Notes under the pieces: generated by a model | The model's input: the letters and a program-made list of their open reading frames with translations, nothing else | What the model was told of the DNA's origin: nothing | The model's database searches: none | In this document: piece after piece, positions 52,611-62,517 of the stretch | How positions within the stretch are numbered: position 1 is the stretch's first letter | How the letters are laid out: each line of letters opens with the position of its first letter | From: Nitrospirota bacterium | GTDB taxonomy: Bacteria > Nitrospirota > UBA9217 | Length of the DNA stretch: 64,000 bases | Direction: 5' to 3' | Assembly: GCA_963737155.1 (NCBI GenBank) | Contig: CAVTRN010000002.1 | Coordinates: forward strand, 864,001-928,000 | Made by a program: the position numbers and the translations under genes

Positions 52611-53879
52611 TCACGATTTATAGATCGCAATTTCGCTCTTCAAATCAAAAAATCCGACGAACTTATCGGGGTTTATGACTTCAAAAAGTATAATATCATA
52701 GACTCTGTGGTATACCACGAAGTTATCGGCTTCAAAATTCGTGCAACCTAACGAAAGTGCATATATTCCAGTCTGTAAATTGAGAATTTGGGAAAATTCA
52801 ATTTCCACGACATGGTTTTCTTTAAATACTGATGTGGAAATGTTCTTGTAATTAGAATTTGTTCCGGTTAGTTCCAATCCCTTGATGTCCTTTATGGTGT
52901 AGGCGAAAATTGGATTTTCAATTGCCTCGTTAAATTTAACCTTCATCTTTACATAACAAGCTTCTCCTCCAAATAGTTTTTGAGCCGGCTTGCCAGCCTT
53001 GTCAAAAATGCCAAAATCAACAATTTCAGCCTTCATATTGCCATATATAAGAGCATCTTTGTTGATGGAAAAATTATATTTATAAACGGTTTCTAACTTC
53101 CTGGCGTTTACTTTTGCGGCTGTGGTAGGTGACTCCTGCTTGTAACAATCCGCCATTAACCTCTTATAAGAGTCCACTGCCTCTTTAGGAGTATCTTCAA
53201 CCAGCTTATTGCCATCGCTAAGCAATATCCCTTTATTACAATATCTTATTACATTGTCTATCGAATGAGTGACAAAAAGTATAGTTTGCCCGCTCTCTTG
53301 AAATTCTTGAAACTTTTTATAGCATTTTGCTTGAAAATTCATGTCGCCGACCGCTAACGCCTCATCTACAATCAGGATATCCGGCTCAACATTCACCGCG
53401 CAGGCGAACGCAAGCCGTACGTACATGCCGCTTGAATACGTTTTGGCCGGCTGTTCTATAAAATCTCCGATGTCCGCGAAATTCGCGATCGACTCGAATT
53501 TTTCGTCCATTTCATCTTTTGAGATACCCATTAGTGCGCCGTTCATATAGACGTTGTCCCGGCCTGAAAACTCTCGGTTGAACCCCGCCCCGAGTTCAAG
53601 CAGGGCCGATATCCTGCCCCTGACTGTTGCCTCGCCGGTCGTCGGCTGAAGCACGCCGCAGATGATTTGAAGCAGCGTGGACTTGCCGCTGCCGTTTCTG
53701 CCAATGATACCAACGCACTCACCCTTTTTAATATCAAAGGATATGTCTTTTAACGCCCAGAACTCCTTATGATACTTCTTGCCAAAAGGATGCAGCAGCT
53801 CTTTCAACTTTTCCTTGGGAGAAGGATACATGCGGTAGCTTTTGCTGATGTTTTTGACACTTATTGCGATATCATTCAT
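52611..53879 (-). CDS. wzt: Polysaccharide ABC exporter ATPase with C-terminal carbohydrate-binding extension
   Basis: GRNGSGKST, YSSGMYVRLAF, DEALAVGD, plus about 170-aa Wzt-C domain. Confidence 0.93.
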   Translation of the reverse strand: MNDIAISVKNISKSYRMYPSPKEKLKELLHPFGKKYHKEFWALKDISFDIKKGECVGIIGRNGSGKSTLLQIICGVLQPTTGEATVRGRISALLELGAGFNREFSGRDNVYMNGALMGISKDEMDEKFESIANFADIGDFIEQPAKTYSSGMYVRLAFACAVNVEPDILIVDEALAVGDMNFQAKCYKKFQEFQESGQTILFVTHSIDNVIRYCNKGILLSDGNKLVEDTPKEAVDSYKRLMADCYKQESPTTAAKVNARKLETVYKYNFSINKDALIYGNMKAEIVDFGIFDKAGKPAQKLFGGEACYVKMKVKFNEAIENPIFAYTIKDIKGLELTGTNSNYKNISTSVFKENHVVEIEFSQILNLQTGIYALSLGCTNFEADNFVVYHRVYDIILFEVINPDKFVGFFDLKSEIAIYKS

Positions 53880-54203
53880 AATAATAATGTTGTTGAGTAG
53901 CCGGTGCGTTTATTTGCTGAGTAGTTATGTTTGCTGAAACACTGCTGAGCTTTTGAGACGTTTTGTAGCACTTGGGATCACTGTTGAATAGCCCAGTCGT
54001 TAAGTCGTTTAGTACCGACGATGTAATCATACAACTACTTATGCTTTACTACCGTATCCTTTTTCAGTGGTCCCTTTTTGACTTTGCTTCCGGTTCCGTG
54101 AATTCTTCAACATCAAGCCGCTCAATTGCAACTACGACAGTATGTTTTACGTTTGCCCTCTGCGCTTCGCCCCATGTTCTTTGTGTTATGCGCTCTAAGA
54201 GAT

Positions 54204-55019
54204 TCACAACACTTCTCCAAACCCCGGTTTAAGCCTCCGAAACAGTAGCCCCCCGAGCCCGAAGGTTGCCAAGGAAACTGCGGCCATGGTCGCGATATCG
54301 GCCAAGGGCAGCCATCTTCCCGTTAGGATCGCATAGCGGTACCCCTCGACCATGTGATACAGGGGGTTCAGCTTGAAGATCGGTAAAATACGTGTAGGAA
54401 TTGTGCTCGCGGAATAAAACATCGGCGTGAAGAACATCCAGGCCAGCATCAGGAGACCCACTACTTGTTGCACGTCGCGTAGATACACATTGATGCTTGA
54501 AAGAATCCAGCCGATGCCCACGGAAAATATGATGATGAAGCACAGGTAGAGCAGGATGACTGGCGCCATGAGCGATAGTTTTCCCGTAAAGATGAAAACA
54601 ATTGCGAGCAGAAGGACGACGCCGATGAGATGGCCAATGAGATTGCTGAGGACCGTAATGACGGGTAGGATCTCTGAATTAAACCCCACTGCCTTTTTGA
54701 CCAGGTTTGTGTTAGATAGCAGCACATTGGTCGAGGCGTTCACAGTCTGGGCGAAGAACTGCCACGGGACGATGCCGCAGAGCAGGAACAGGAAGTAGCT
54801 GTTCGTTCCGTAGACCGGGTCGGGCTTCGACTTCAGAAATACTCCGAACACCACGCCATAGATCGCGAGCTGTGCGAGGGGGTTAATGACTGCCCAGAAA
54901 AAACCGAACAGGCTACCGACGTACATGGCCTTCAGGTCGCGGATGGCCATCATGCGGACCATGTAGCGGCTCTCGTACAGTTTTTTCACGAATGCTATGA
55001 AGATCGCAATGTTTTTCAT
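54204..55019 (-). CDS. wzm: Polysaccharide ABC exporter permease
   Basis: RDLKA.Y.GS.FG.FW..INP, G.VPWQFF, RD.QQ, TPMFY, LNP; probable start ATG at 55019. Confidence 0.92.
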   Translation of the reverse strand: MKNIAIFIAFVKKLYESRYMVRMMAIRDLKAMYVGSLFGFFWAVINPLAQLAIYGVVFGVFLKSKPDPVYGTNSYFLFLLCGIVPWQFFAQTVNASTNVLLSNTNLVKKAVGFNSEILPVITVLSNLIGHLIGVVLLLAIVFIFTGKLSLMAPVILLYLCFIIIFSVGIGWILSSINVYLRDVQQVVGLLMLAWMFFTPMFYSASTIPTRILPIFKLNPLYHMVEGYRYAILTGRWLPLADIATMAAVSLATFGLGGLLFRRLKPGFGEVL

Positions 55020-55091
55020 ACGTACAACTCGGAAGGTTGAGTAGTTGATCAGCGACTTGATAACTAAACAACTCAACTGTTTTTCAATAAA

Positions 55092-56027
55092 CTACTCGAC
55101 GACCTGATCGCCTTTTCCTGTCCACCACCCCGGATGCGCACTTAATCGCCTGCACAGATCCTTCGGCAACAAGCGGTGCCAACGCCCGAGCAGGAAGCCG
55201 ATGCCTCGAAGCGCGGTCCTCAGAAAGCATTCGAGCGCCTGGAGCAAATTGCCGCGCTTGACTACGTTTAAAAACTCGGACCAGGTGTAGCGCCAAGCTT
55301 CGCCCATGTTCCCGCCGAAGGCTTCTCCGATCCATGCCTCGGACTTGTAAAACATCGCGGTATCGAAATAGCGCTTGAGCTCATCCAGCAACGTGTGGTT
55401 ATGAGAATGATACACAGCGGCATCTGGTGCGTATGCGATCAGGTGCCCGGCGAGGATGAGGCGCGCTCCCGCATGCACATCCTCGGCAAAGATGATGCCG
55501 CGCTTGAATAACCCGATCAGTTGCAGTGCATCTTTCCGGTATGCGGAAAAGGAGTCTGACATGAAGGGCGTTTCAATACCGTATGTCGCCTTGTCCTGAA
55601 GGCCCTTGATCCGGGCTTCTGCCGGGTATTTAAATAACCGTAAATGTTCGGCAAATAGCGTTGCCCCACGGTCCGGAAGCTGCCGTCCGTACGCCGCGGC
55701 CACCTGCGCGTTGCTAAAAGGCCTGAGCAGGTTCTCAAGGGCGTGCTCGTTTGCCGGGACTGCGTCCTGAGTCAGAAAAACGATGAAATCTCCTTTGGCC
55801 GATTGGACGGCCAGGTTACGCGTGGCTCCATGATCGAAGTCCTGCCGACCTATGGTGATTACCGTTGCGCCGAAGGACCGCGCAAGTTCGGCCGTATCGT
55901 CCGATGATGAGGAATCGATGACGAGCAGTTCGTATGAAATGGTCTGCTCTTTTAAAGCTCGAAGCAGCCGCGAAAAATCCCCTCCGGCGTTTAGCGTAGG
56001 GATTGCCACCGTAACCAACGCGTTCAT
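55092..56027 (-). CDS. GT2, rhamnosyltransferase-like
   Basis: IDSSSSD, FDHGATRN, FLTQDA.P, YGRQLP, EDV, HSHN. Confidence 0.85.
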   Translation of the reverse strand: MNALVTVAIPTLNAGGDFSRLLRALKEQTISYELLVIDSSSSDDTAELARSFGATVITIGRQDFDHGATRNLAVQSAKGDFIVFLTQDAVPANEHALENLLRPFSNAQVAAAYGRQLPDRGATLFAEHLRLFKYPAEARIKGLQDKATYGIETPFMSDSFSAYRKDALQLIGLFKRGIIFAEDVHAGARLILAGHLIAYAPDAAVYHSHNHTLLDELKRYFDTAMFYKSEAWIGEAFGGNMGEAWRYTWSEFLNVVKRGNLLQALECFLRTALRGIGFLLGRWHRLLPKDLCRRLSAHPGWWTGKGDQVVE

Positions 56028-57187
56028 AAGGGCTGTGATTCGAACGTTTTCGTTTTGAGAAACAGCACTGACAGCATGAAGCCGTTAAACATACCCTGGA
56101 TACCAAATGTGATCAGCGTTAGTGAGGGAATCAGATACCGCATGGTCTCCCGGTAATCCAGTGCCAAAAAGTCAACCTTATACCATTTCCAGAACGTAAA
56201 TATAAAGCCCCCCAGACCGAGAAGAACGAGGGCACACGATCCGATTAAAAGATCTTCCAAGGTAAATAATGTCACCAAACGGTGAAATCGTTTGCTATAG
56301 GGCAGGATGCCCACGATATGGCTGTAGAGGGTGGCGAAAATGCCGGTAAAAATCACCTGCATGCCGAGAATCTCCAAAAATGCCATAACGAGAAGTGTGT
56401 GAACGTCCAGCGTTACGCCTTTGATCGCCAAAGGTCCTCTCGCAAGGACGATCTCGCCCAGTAGCCCCAAGAAAAGCATGAAAAGGCCCGGAAATATGAA
56501 AAGCCAGGTAGGGGCGTGGAGCAGCATAAAACGCAGGTGCCTCCACCCGTCCTGCCAGCGTTTGAGATGTGGTCCCCGGCTCCGGCCGTCTTTGTAGAGC
56601 GTTATAGGGACTTCCGAAATCTTAAGGTTTGCAAGCCCGGATTTGATGATCATTTCCGATGCCCACTCCATCCCCGTCGTGACGAGATGGAGGGCGAGGA
56701 CCTTTTCCCTGCGAAATGCGCGCATCCCGCAGTGAAAATCACTCACTTTTATTTTGAAAAACATCTTTCCGATGGTGGTAAGGATGGGATTTCCTATGTA
56801 CCTGTTCAGGCGCGGCATTGCGCCCTGCATAATCCGGCCTTTCATCCGGGTGCCGATGCAAATATCTTTTCCCTGGCGGAGTTCTTTGATCAAGGGGAGG
56901 GCCTCGTCGAAATGGTAGCTGTCGTCGCTATCACCCATCAAGACGTACTTGCCTTTTGCGTGCTGAAGCCCTTGCTGGAGCGCGGCACCATAACCTCTGA
57001 CCGGGCATTTCACCACGCGCGCCCCAAGGTCCCGCGCGATCTTTCTGCTGCCGTCAATCGAACCGTTATCGGCAATGAGGACCTCGCCGTCAATGTTATT
57101 ATCCGCAAGGAGCCGTTGAGCCCGCTGTACGCATACCCCAACCGTTTCGGCTTCGTTCAAGCAAGGCAGTAACACCGTTAGTTCCAT
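56024..57187 (-). CDS. GT2 polyprenyl-phosphate sugar (DPM synthase-like) transferase with C-terminal TM domain
   Basis: PCLNEAET, ADNGS.DGS, RGYGAAL, GDSDDSY, DFHCGMRAF, GMEWASEM, DGWRHLRF, four C-terminal TMs. Confidence 0.88.
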   Translation of the reverse strand: MELTVLLPCLNEAETVGVCVQRAQRLLADNNIDGEVLIADNGSIDGSRKIARDLGARVVKCPVRGYGAALQQGLQHAKGKYVLMGDSDDSYHFDEALPLIKELRQGKDICIGTRMKGRIMQGAMPRLNRYIGNPILTTIGKMFFKIKVSDFHCGMRAFRREKVLALHLVTTGMEWASEMIIKSGLANLKISEVPITLYKDGRSRGPHLKRWQDGWRHLRFMLLHAPTWLFIFPGLFMLFLGLLGEIVLARGPLAIKGVTLDVHTLLVMAFLEILGMQVIFTGIFATLYSHIVGILPYSKRFHRLVTLFTLEDLLIGSCALVLLGLGGFIFTFWKWYKVDFLALDYRETMRYLIPSLTLITFGIQGMFNGFMLSVLFLKTKTFESQPL

Positions 57188-57706
57188 TATGCTATCACCT
57201 TTGCATCATGCCGTTTCTGCATTCGATTTGCTGCACGGTTTCGAGGGTTTTTCCGCACCATATTTCTTTCAATCTTAATTCCGCCTAGTGTCTAATAGGG
57301 GATGAAGCATAGTATATTACTCTAAAAATATGTTAAGGTCAAACGGATTTGGGTACTTTTGGGAGCCAGTGAAAGCATTGTAAAAATCCGTCCAGGAACA
57401 ATATATCCCCATTAGGGCTATTTCGATTCCTCTATGCATGGCAAACAAGCCGGGATTATATAGCAATAGCATTTTGAGGTTGAAAATCAACCATTGAATG
57501 GTTATAATGCCGCCACAATATGATCTTCGACGAGCAGGGGAGGATAGTGTGAATCACTTGTCACACGCTTCACGGAGAATACCGGAATGTGGACGATAAG
57601 AGAAGCTATTATCTGAGATGGAGCCTCGCAAATAACCTCTGCTTTAGCTACGTTAAGACACTGCCGGAAATGCCTAGTAGACGTTATAGCATCTGTAACC
57701 AGGGCC

Positions 57707-59452
57707 ATGGTTTCGAAAAACGATAAAAGAAAAGACACAAATGCCGGGGAGGGGAAACGCTCAGGAATTTTTTGGACATTGGTGGGCCAGCCGGCCGTTC
57801 ATGTCATTCTCATCCTGTTTGTCGGCCTTATTGTATACTCAAACACCTTCAATGTACCTTTCCAGTTCGACGACTTGGATTTCATCCAGAATAATCCCAT
57901 CATAAAATCCCTCGATAACTTTTTTTCAAGCACAAGCGGATACGAGTATAATCCTCAGCGCTTTATAGCGTTTCTTACTTTTGCAGTCAATTATCACTTC
58001 GGTGGGTACGATGTTATCGGGTATCACGTAGTCAATCTCGCTATTCACGTGATAAACTCGATACTTGTTTATATTCTCGTTTTGCTCAGTTTCAATATCC
58101 GATCCGGACAAACGGGACAAGACCCTCATCCTCCCGGGGAATCCCGACCGGACTATTCCCGTATGATTGCGTTATTTTCTGCGCTCCTTTTTGTGGCCCA
58201 TCCTGTACAGACGCAGGCAGTAACGTACATTTACCAAAGGCTGACCTCTCTCGCGACTATGTTTTACCTCCTCTCCCTGGTTGCCTATATTATGGCAAGG
58301 AACGCCGGGGGCGTATCAAAGGGGTGGTGGCGTAATACGGCCTCCGCAGCCCTGTATTTGCTTTCGGTCACGTCAGCGGTGCTTGCAATGAAAACGAAGG
58401 AAACGGCCTTCACTCTTCCGATCATCATAGCGGTTTATGAGTTCGTCTTTTTCAGGACGGAGTTCAGAAAGAAAGTACTTTTTGTCCTGCCTGTTCTGCT
58501 GACGCTCGTGATTATTCCGATCAGCATCATAGGAATGCACAAACCTCTCGGAGAGATCCTCTCCGATATCAGCGAGAAGTCGAGGCTCCAAACGCAAATG
58601 CCGAGGTGGGACTACCTTGTCACCCAGATGCGGGTCGTCACAACCTATGTGAGGCTTCTTTTTATGCCTGTAGGACAGAATGTCGATTACGATTATCCGG
58701 TATATCATTCGCTCTTCACACCGGCCGTCTTTTGCTCTTTTCTTTTTCTCCTATCGATTTTCGGGATCGGCGCGTATCTCCTGTACCGTTCGCGCTTGAG
58801 CCCAAAACCTGCTGCACCAGGCAAAGCGAGCACCTTTCTCAAAGGGGCTCTTCCTTTGCCCCTTTTGCCTTACTATCGGCTTATTGGTTTCGGCATTCTC
58901 TGGTTCTTTATAACTTTATCGATAGAATCATCGATTATACCGATTGCCGACGTGATTTTTGAACACAGGGTCTACCTTCCTTCGGTCGGCGCATGCATAG
59001 CAGCGACATCAACGTTGTTTCTATTTGTTTTTAAAATGAGGAAGAAGTTTCCAAGGGCGGAAGAGATCGTCGTCGGGGTGCTAGTTTTGACGATACTTGT
59101 TTTTTCCGGCGCGACCATAGCTCGGAATGCCATATGGAAAGACACTGTTACCTTATGGGAAGATGCGGCCCAAAAAAGTCCGAACAAGGGGCGAGTTCAT
59201 CAAAATTTGGGAAGAGCATATGATATTAACCGTGAACCGCAGAAAGCATTCGAGCAATATTTGATCGCAACGAAAGTTGATCCTGATTTAGCATTAGCGC
59301 ACGAAAGCCTTGGCATATCTTATGTCAGTATCAGGGAATTCAATGAGGCGCGGAAAGAATTATTAATCGCGCTTCAGTTGAATCCCGATTTAAGTGAGGC
59401 GCGGATGTTTCTTGATTACATCTCCCAGCAAAATAGGAAAGTCTCTCATTAA
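57707..59452 (+). CDS. TMTC-like GT-C glycosyltransferase with short TPR tail
   Basis: FQFDD, HPVQTQAVTYIYQR, KTKE, NVDYDYP, FEHRVYLP; close paralogue of 29157-31421. Confidence 0.85.
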   Translation: MVSKNDKRKDTNAGEGKRSGIFWTLVGQPAVHVILILFVGLIVYSNTFNVPFQFDDLDFIQNNPIIKSLDNFFSSTSGYEYNPQRFIAFLTFAVNYHFGGYDVIGYHVVNLAIHVINSILVYILVLLSFNIRSGQTGQDPHPPGESRPDYSRMIALFSALLFVAHPVQTQAVTYIYQRLTSLATMFYLLSLVAYIMARNAGGVSKGWWRNTASAALYLLSVTSAVLAMKTKETAFTLPIIIAVYEFVFFRTEFRKKVLFVLPVLLTLVIIPISIIGMHKPLGEILSDISEKSRLQTQMPRWDYLVTQMRVVTTYVRLLFMPVGQNVDYDYPVYHSLFTPAVFCSFLFLLSIFGIGAYLLYRSRLSPKPAAPGKASTFLKGALPLPLLPYYRLIGFGILWFFITLSIESSIIPIADVIFEHRVYLPSVGACIAATSTLFLFVFKMRKKFPRAEEIVVGVLVLTILVFSGATIARNAIWKDTVTLWEDAAQKSPNKGRVHQNLGRAYDINREPQKAFEQYLIATKVDPDLALAHESLGISYVSIREFNEARKELLIALQLNPDLSEARMFLDYISQQNRKVSH

Positions 59453-59839
59453 TAAGCATGGGGGGAAAGGTTTGCTCTCTTTTACCTTTCTATTTTCTCC
59501 CTAGTCTGCTGGAAGCCGTTACATGGTGAAATGACCTTGCATACTTGGTAATATCACCAGTATTGTTGTAGTGAGACAAACGCATACCAAAAAATCTTGC
59601 ACATTGTCGGGCACGTGCAGAAAGTAATGCGCCTTTAGGTTCAAGTATATAAATTGCATGCATTAACAGAGTTTTAGCTGATTGTGTGGCTGATTGCCGG
59701 TATTTTCCCACTATTACCTGCTGTAATTTCATTAAATACGACTAGAGTATTAATAACCGATCTGCGTCATTCAATATTGTTATGGTTGCGGGATTGATCC
59801 TAGTGACTGATTCATCAATTCAGACAAGGAGGAAGAGTA

Positions 59840-60433
59840 ATGAAGAAGTTATTGTCCAGTTTAGCGATTGTTGCCGTTGCTTGTGTTGCACCAGTAATCG
59901 TATTTGCTGCAGGCGGTCATGATAGTTTAAGCTGCACCGGTTGTCATGCGATTCACACCGCAAAGGAAAAGAAACTGATTTTTGCTGTCGAAAAAAACAA
60001 GACGGATATCAATCCAAGGACTAAACAGCCTTATGCCGGTATCACCGCACTCTGTCTTGGTTGCCATGAGACCCCCGAAAAGGGCGGACAGGGAATCAAG
60101 CCAATTGAAGCGCACATGAGCCATCCCTATGGAATTAAATCTGTAAACCCGAAAGTTGCGCGCGTTCCCGATGAATTATTAAGAAGTGGGAATTTCGAGT
60201 GCGTGAGCTGTCACGATCCGCATCCTTCTAACACCAATTATAAATACTTGAGGGTCGATACTGCCAACGGCGGCAAAATGGAAAATTTCTGCGCAGTATG
60301 CCACCCAATGAAGGCTGATCCTAAAACGGCTGCTGAAAAAGCGCAGTTTTTTAGCAGCATGGATGAACAAGCCTATGGAATGGCGTCACCAGAGGGCACA
60401 ATGAATCCTCCGGCAGCAGGGAAAAAACAGTAA
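59840..60433 (+). CDS. Exported tetraheme cytochrome c
   Basis: Signal peptide; four CXXCH motifs (CTGCH, CLGCH, CVSCH, CAVCH); AGGAGG RBS. Confidence 0.9.
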   Translation: MKKLLSSLAIVAVACVAPVIVFAAGGHDSLSCTGCHAIHTAKEKKLIFAVEKNKTDINPRTKQPYAGITALCLGCHETPEKGGQGIKPIEAHMSHPYGIKSVNPKVARVPDELLRSGNFECVSCHDPHPSNTNYKYLRVDTANGGKMENFCAVCHPMKADPKTAAEKAQFFSSMDEQAYGMASPEGTMNPPAAGKKQ

Positions 60434-60510
60434 GCACACGTTGAATATCGAGCTCATTACTGGCTAGTATAATGGAATGAGTTTCCAGATAGACTATCAA
60501 TCTCCATATC

Positions 60511-60542
60511 TATTCAGGCGGGCATCACTGCCCGCCTGAATA
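60511..60542 (+). terminator. Strong hairpin after the cytochrome gene
   Basis: TATTCAGGCGGGCA-tcac-TGCCCGCCTGAATA, 14-bp perfect stem; no clear U-tract. Confidence 0.55.
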
Positions 60543-60612
60543 ACATTATTCCAACGGAATAACAGCTAACAAATATTTTAAATCATTTCTTCCCCTGCCT
60601 GCTATACAATTA

Positions 60613-60824
60613 ATGATCTTATATTTTTATAACATTCATACAGCTCTATCTCTGCCGGGCGTGGTCGTATTGTTGTCCCTGGCTGCTGACGCAATATTCG
60701 GCTCCGGAATAGGGGCCATCTATGTTAATAACGGCGCCACGGTCGGCGCATCACTGGCTTTCCGGGCCGGCTATCTGTTTCGTGACGGGACTCAGTAGTT
60801 GTTCGGCTCTCAAATGGAAAAGAT
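60613..60824 (+). pseudogene. TVP38/TMEM64 (VTT/DedA superfamily) gene, 5' part
   Basis: TALSLPG..LSLAA.AIFG...G.IYVN.GATVGASLAF..YLFRD; internal stop; continues in frame at 63447 once the insertion is removed. Confidence 0.8.
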
Positions 60825-60953
60825 GGGTATGCGGATTCAGTAGTTGATTACCTGAAAACCCCGGTCCCAGTAAACTGATATGGTTGACAGTTGTCAATAG
60901 GGAAAATAGTCTCCTGCCCCTTTTTTTCAAAGGGTTCATTGTTTCAATATGTT

Positions 60954-61143
60954 CCAAGGCGTAAGGAGGGACGGGGCCGACTTGTGCGACGTTTGATCAC
61001 TCTGATATTCGCGGGTTTGACCGCAAGACCTTTCTTCGCCGCGGAGCTGCCTCGCTCTATTAACGGAAGTTCGGCATTGCCTTATTCCATAGTTTGGACG
61101 AGGATTCTCCGTAAACGTGGCCGCGTCCCCGCTTATGCCTTGG
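60954..61143 (-). ncRNA. Predicted IS110 bridge/seek RNA
   Basis: Outer stem plus two internal-loop hairpins; loop segments AAACTAT, AATAG, GTCT, ATATCAGA match the reconstructed target and donor around the CT core. Confidence 0.7.
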
Positions 61144-61404
61144 AGGTTGTTTATTGTTTGCTTGCGTCCTCCTTTGTTTTGCCTCAGTCGTTTGAGTCGC
61201 CATTGTTACCGGGTGACTTCAAGTTTTTGATCCTGTTCTTTGGAAAGCTCGATGCTCCCGCCTATGTTGACGATTTGAGCGGTTTTTACCTTTGAGGGTT
61301 GATTTTTTCTTTCATAAATGCCCCAGGATTGATTTTCCAGAGACAGTCCATGCCAAGATACCCCCCCAAGTTTTGTGTGACGCCTTGTTCTTGGGTTAAT
61401 CTTC

Positions 61405-62517
61405 TTATGCGCTCTGGAGATTCACTTCCCGGGCAATTGCCCATATGAAGCCGCATAGTTCCCTGGCAATGGCGGTTACCACCTTGTTCCTGGGCTTCCC
61501 TTTGGCCGTGAGTTTACGGAACCGTCCGCAGAGACGCACCTGGGCTTTCCAGGAGATATCACAGATATTTTTCGGCAGCCCCTCCTGCCGCTTGAGGATT
61601 ACCCGGCTCACTCGGGCCGGCAGACTGTAGGCTTGGGCCGCTTCAATCAATGCGCGCCTGACGTGGGTGTTTCCGGTTTTGGTGATAGCACCCCGTCTGG
61701 TGCTGTCGCCGCTGGAGTATTCGGAAGGGACCAATCCAAGGTATCCCATGAGCTGCTTGGGATTTTCAAAACGTCCCAAGTCTCCGATCTCGGCCATGGT
61801 GGTCGCGGCAGTTACATCCGCGATGCCGCGTAACGATTGGATTGCGAGTGCAACAGGGGCCGTTCGGCATGTGGGCATAAGCGTTTGAATCTGCTCCGTA
61901 AGCCGGGCCACACGCTCTGCGCATTCCTTCACCGTGTTGATGTACTCTTGCAGCGTGATCTGCTGTGCAGGGTGTGGCATCTTGATATCAGACAACCAGC
62001 GCATGTGGGCTTGGGTCCATGCGGTTTCTCCAGAGTAACGGTGTCCATGCCGCAGGAGCATCGCGCCTAACCTCTGCCGGGCAGTGCGATGGGCCTTGAC
62101 TGCGTCTTCGCGGCATCGGGTCAGGTCTCTCATGGCTTCATCATCCTCTTGGGGCACGTAAACAGGAGTCAGTTCTCCGGCCCGATACAGCCTGGCTAGA
62201 CTTTGCGCGTCACGACGATCGGTCTTGACGCGATCGCCGCTTTTCTTGGGAATCAGCGATGGTGCCACAACCGTGCATTTGTAACCTCTCTTGGTTAGAT
62301 GGCGGTATATTTCGTAACCACACGGCCCGGCTTCATAGACGAAGTGCAGTTCTGAGCCTTTGCTTTCAAGCTTTCTGACCATTTTGTCCAATGACGCCAT
62401 GTCGCCGCCGATTTTGCCGTAGTAGCGAACCTCTTGGCTGCCGCCAATTTCGGCCGTTGCTACAGCTATGGAGTTTTTTGCTGAATCGAGTCCTACGATT
62501 GTGATAGAATCTTTCAT
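61405..62517 (-). CDS. IS110-family DEDD recombinase/transposase
   Basis: VGLD, YEAGPCG, KTDRRDA, GLVPSEYSSG, TKTGN..RRALIEAA, AIARE; ATG at 62517 with AGGAGG RBS. Confidence 0.95.
   Translation of the reverse strand: MKDSITIVGLDSAKNSIAVATAEIGGSQEVRYYGKIGGDMASLDKMVRKLESKGSELHFVYEAGPCGYEIYRHLTKRGYKCTVVAPSLIPKKSGDRVKTDRRDAQSLARLYRAGELTPVYVPQEDDEAMRDLTRCREDAVKAHRTARQRLGAMLLRHGHRYSGETAWTQAHMRWLSDIKMPHPAQQITLQEYINTVKECAERVARLTEQIQTLMPTCRTAPVALAIQSLRGIADVTAATTMAEIGDLGRFENPKQLMGYLGLVPSEYSSGDSTRRGAITKTGNTHVRRALIEAAQAYSLPARVSRVILKRQEGLPKNICDISWKAQVRLCGRFRKLTAKGKPRNKVVTAIARELCGFIWAIAREVNLQSA

Noticed and set aside
60891-61295. 134-aa plus-strand ORF inside the IS110
   Set aside because: Antisense to the structured non-coding region, no protein motifs; better explained as bridge RNA
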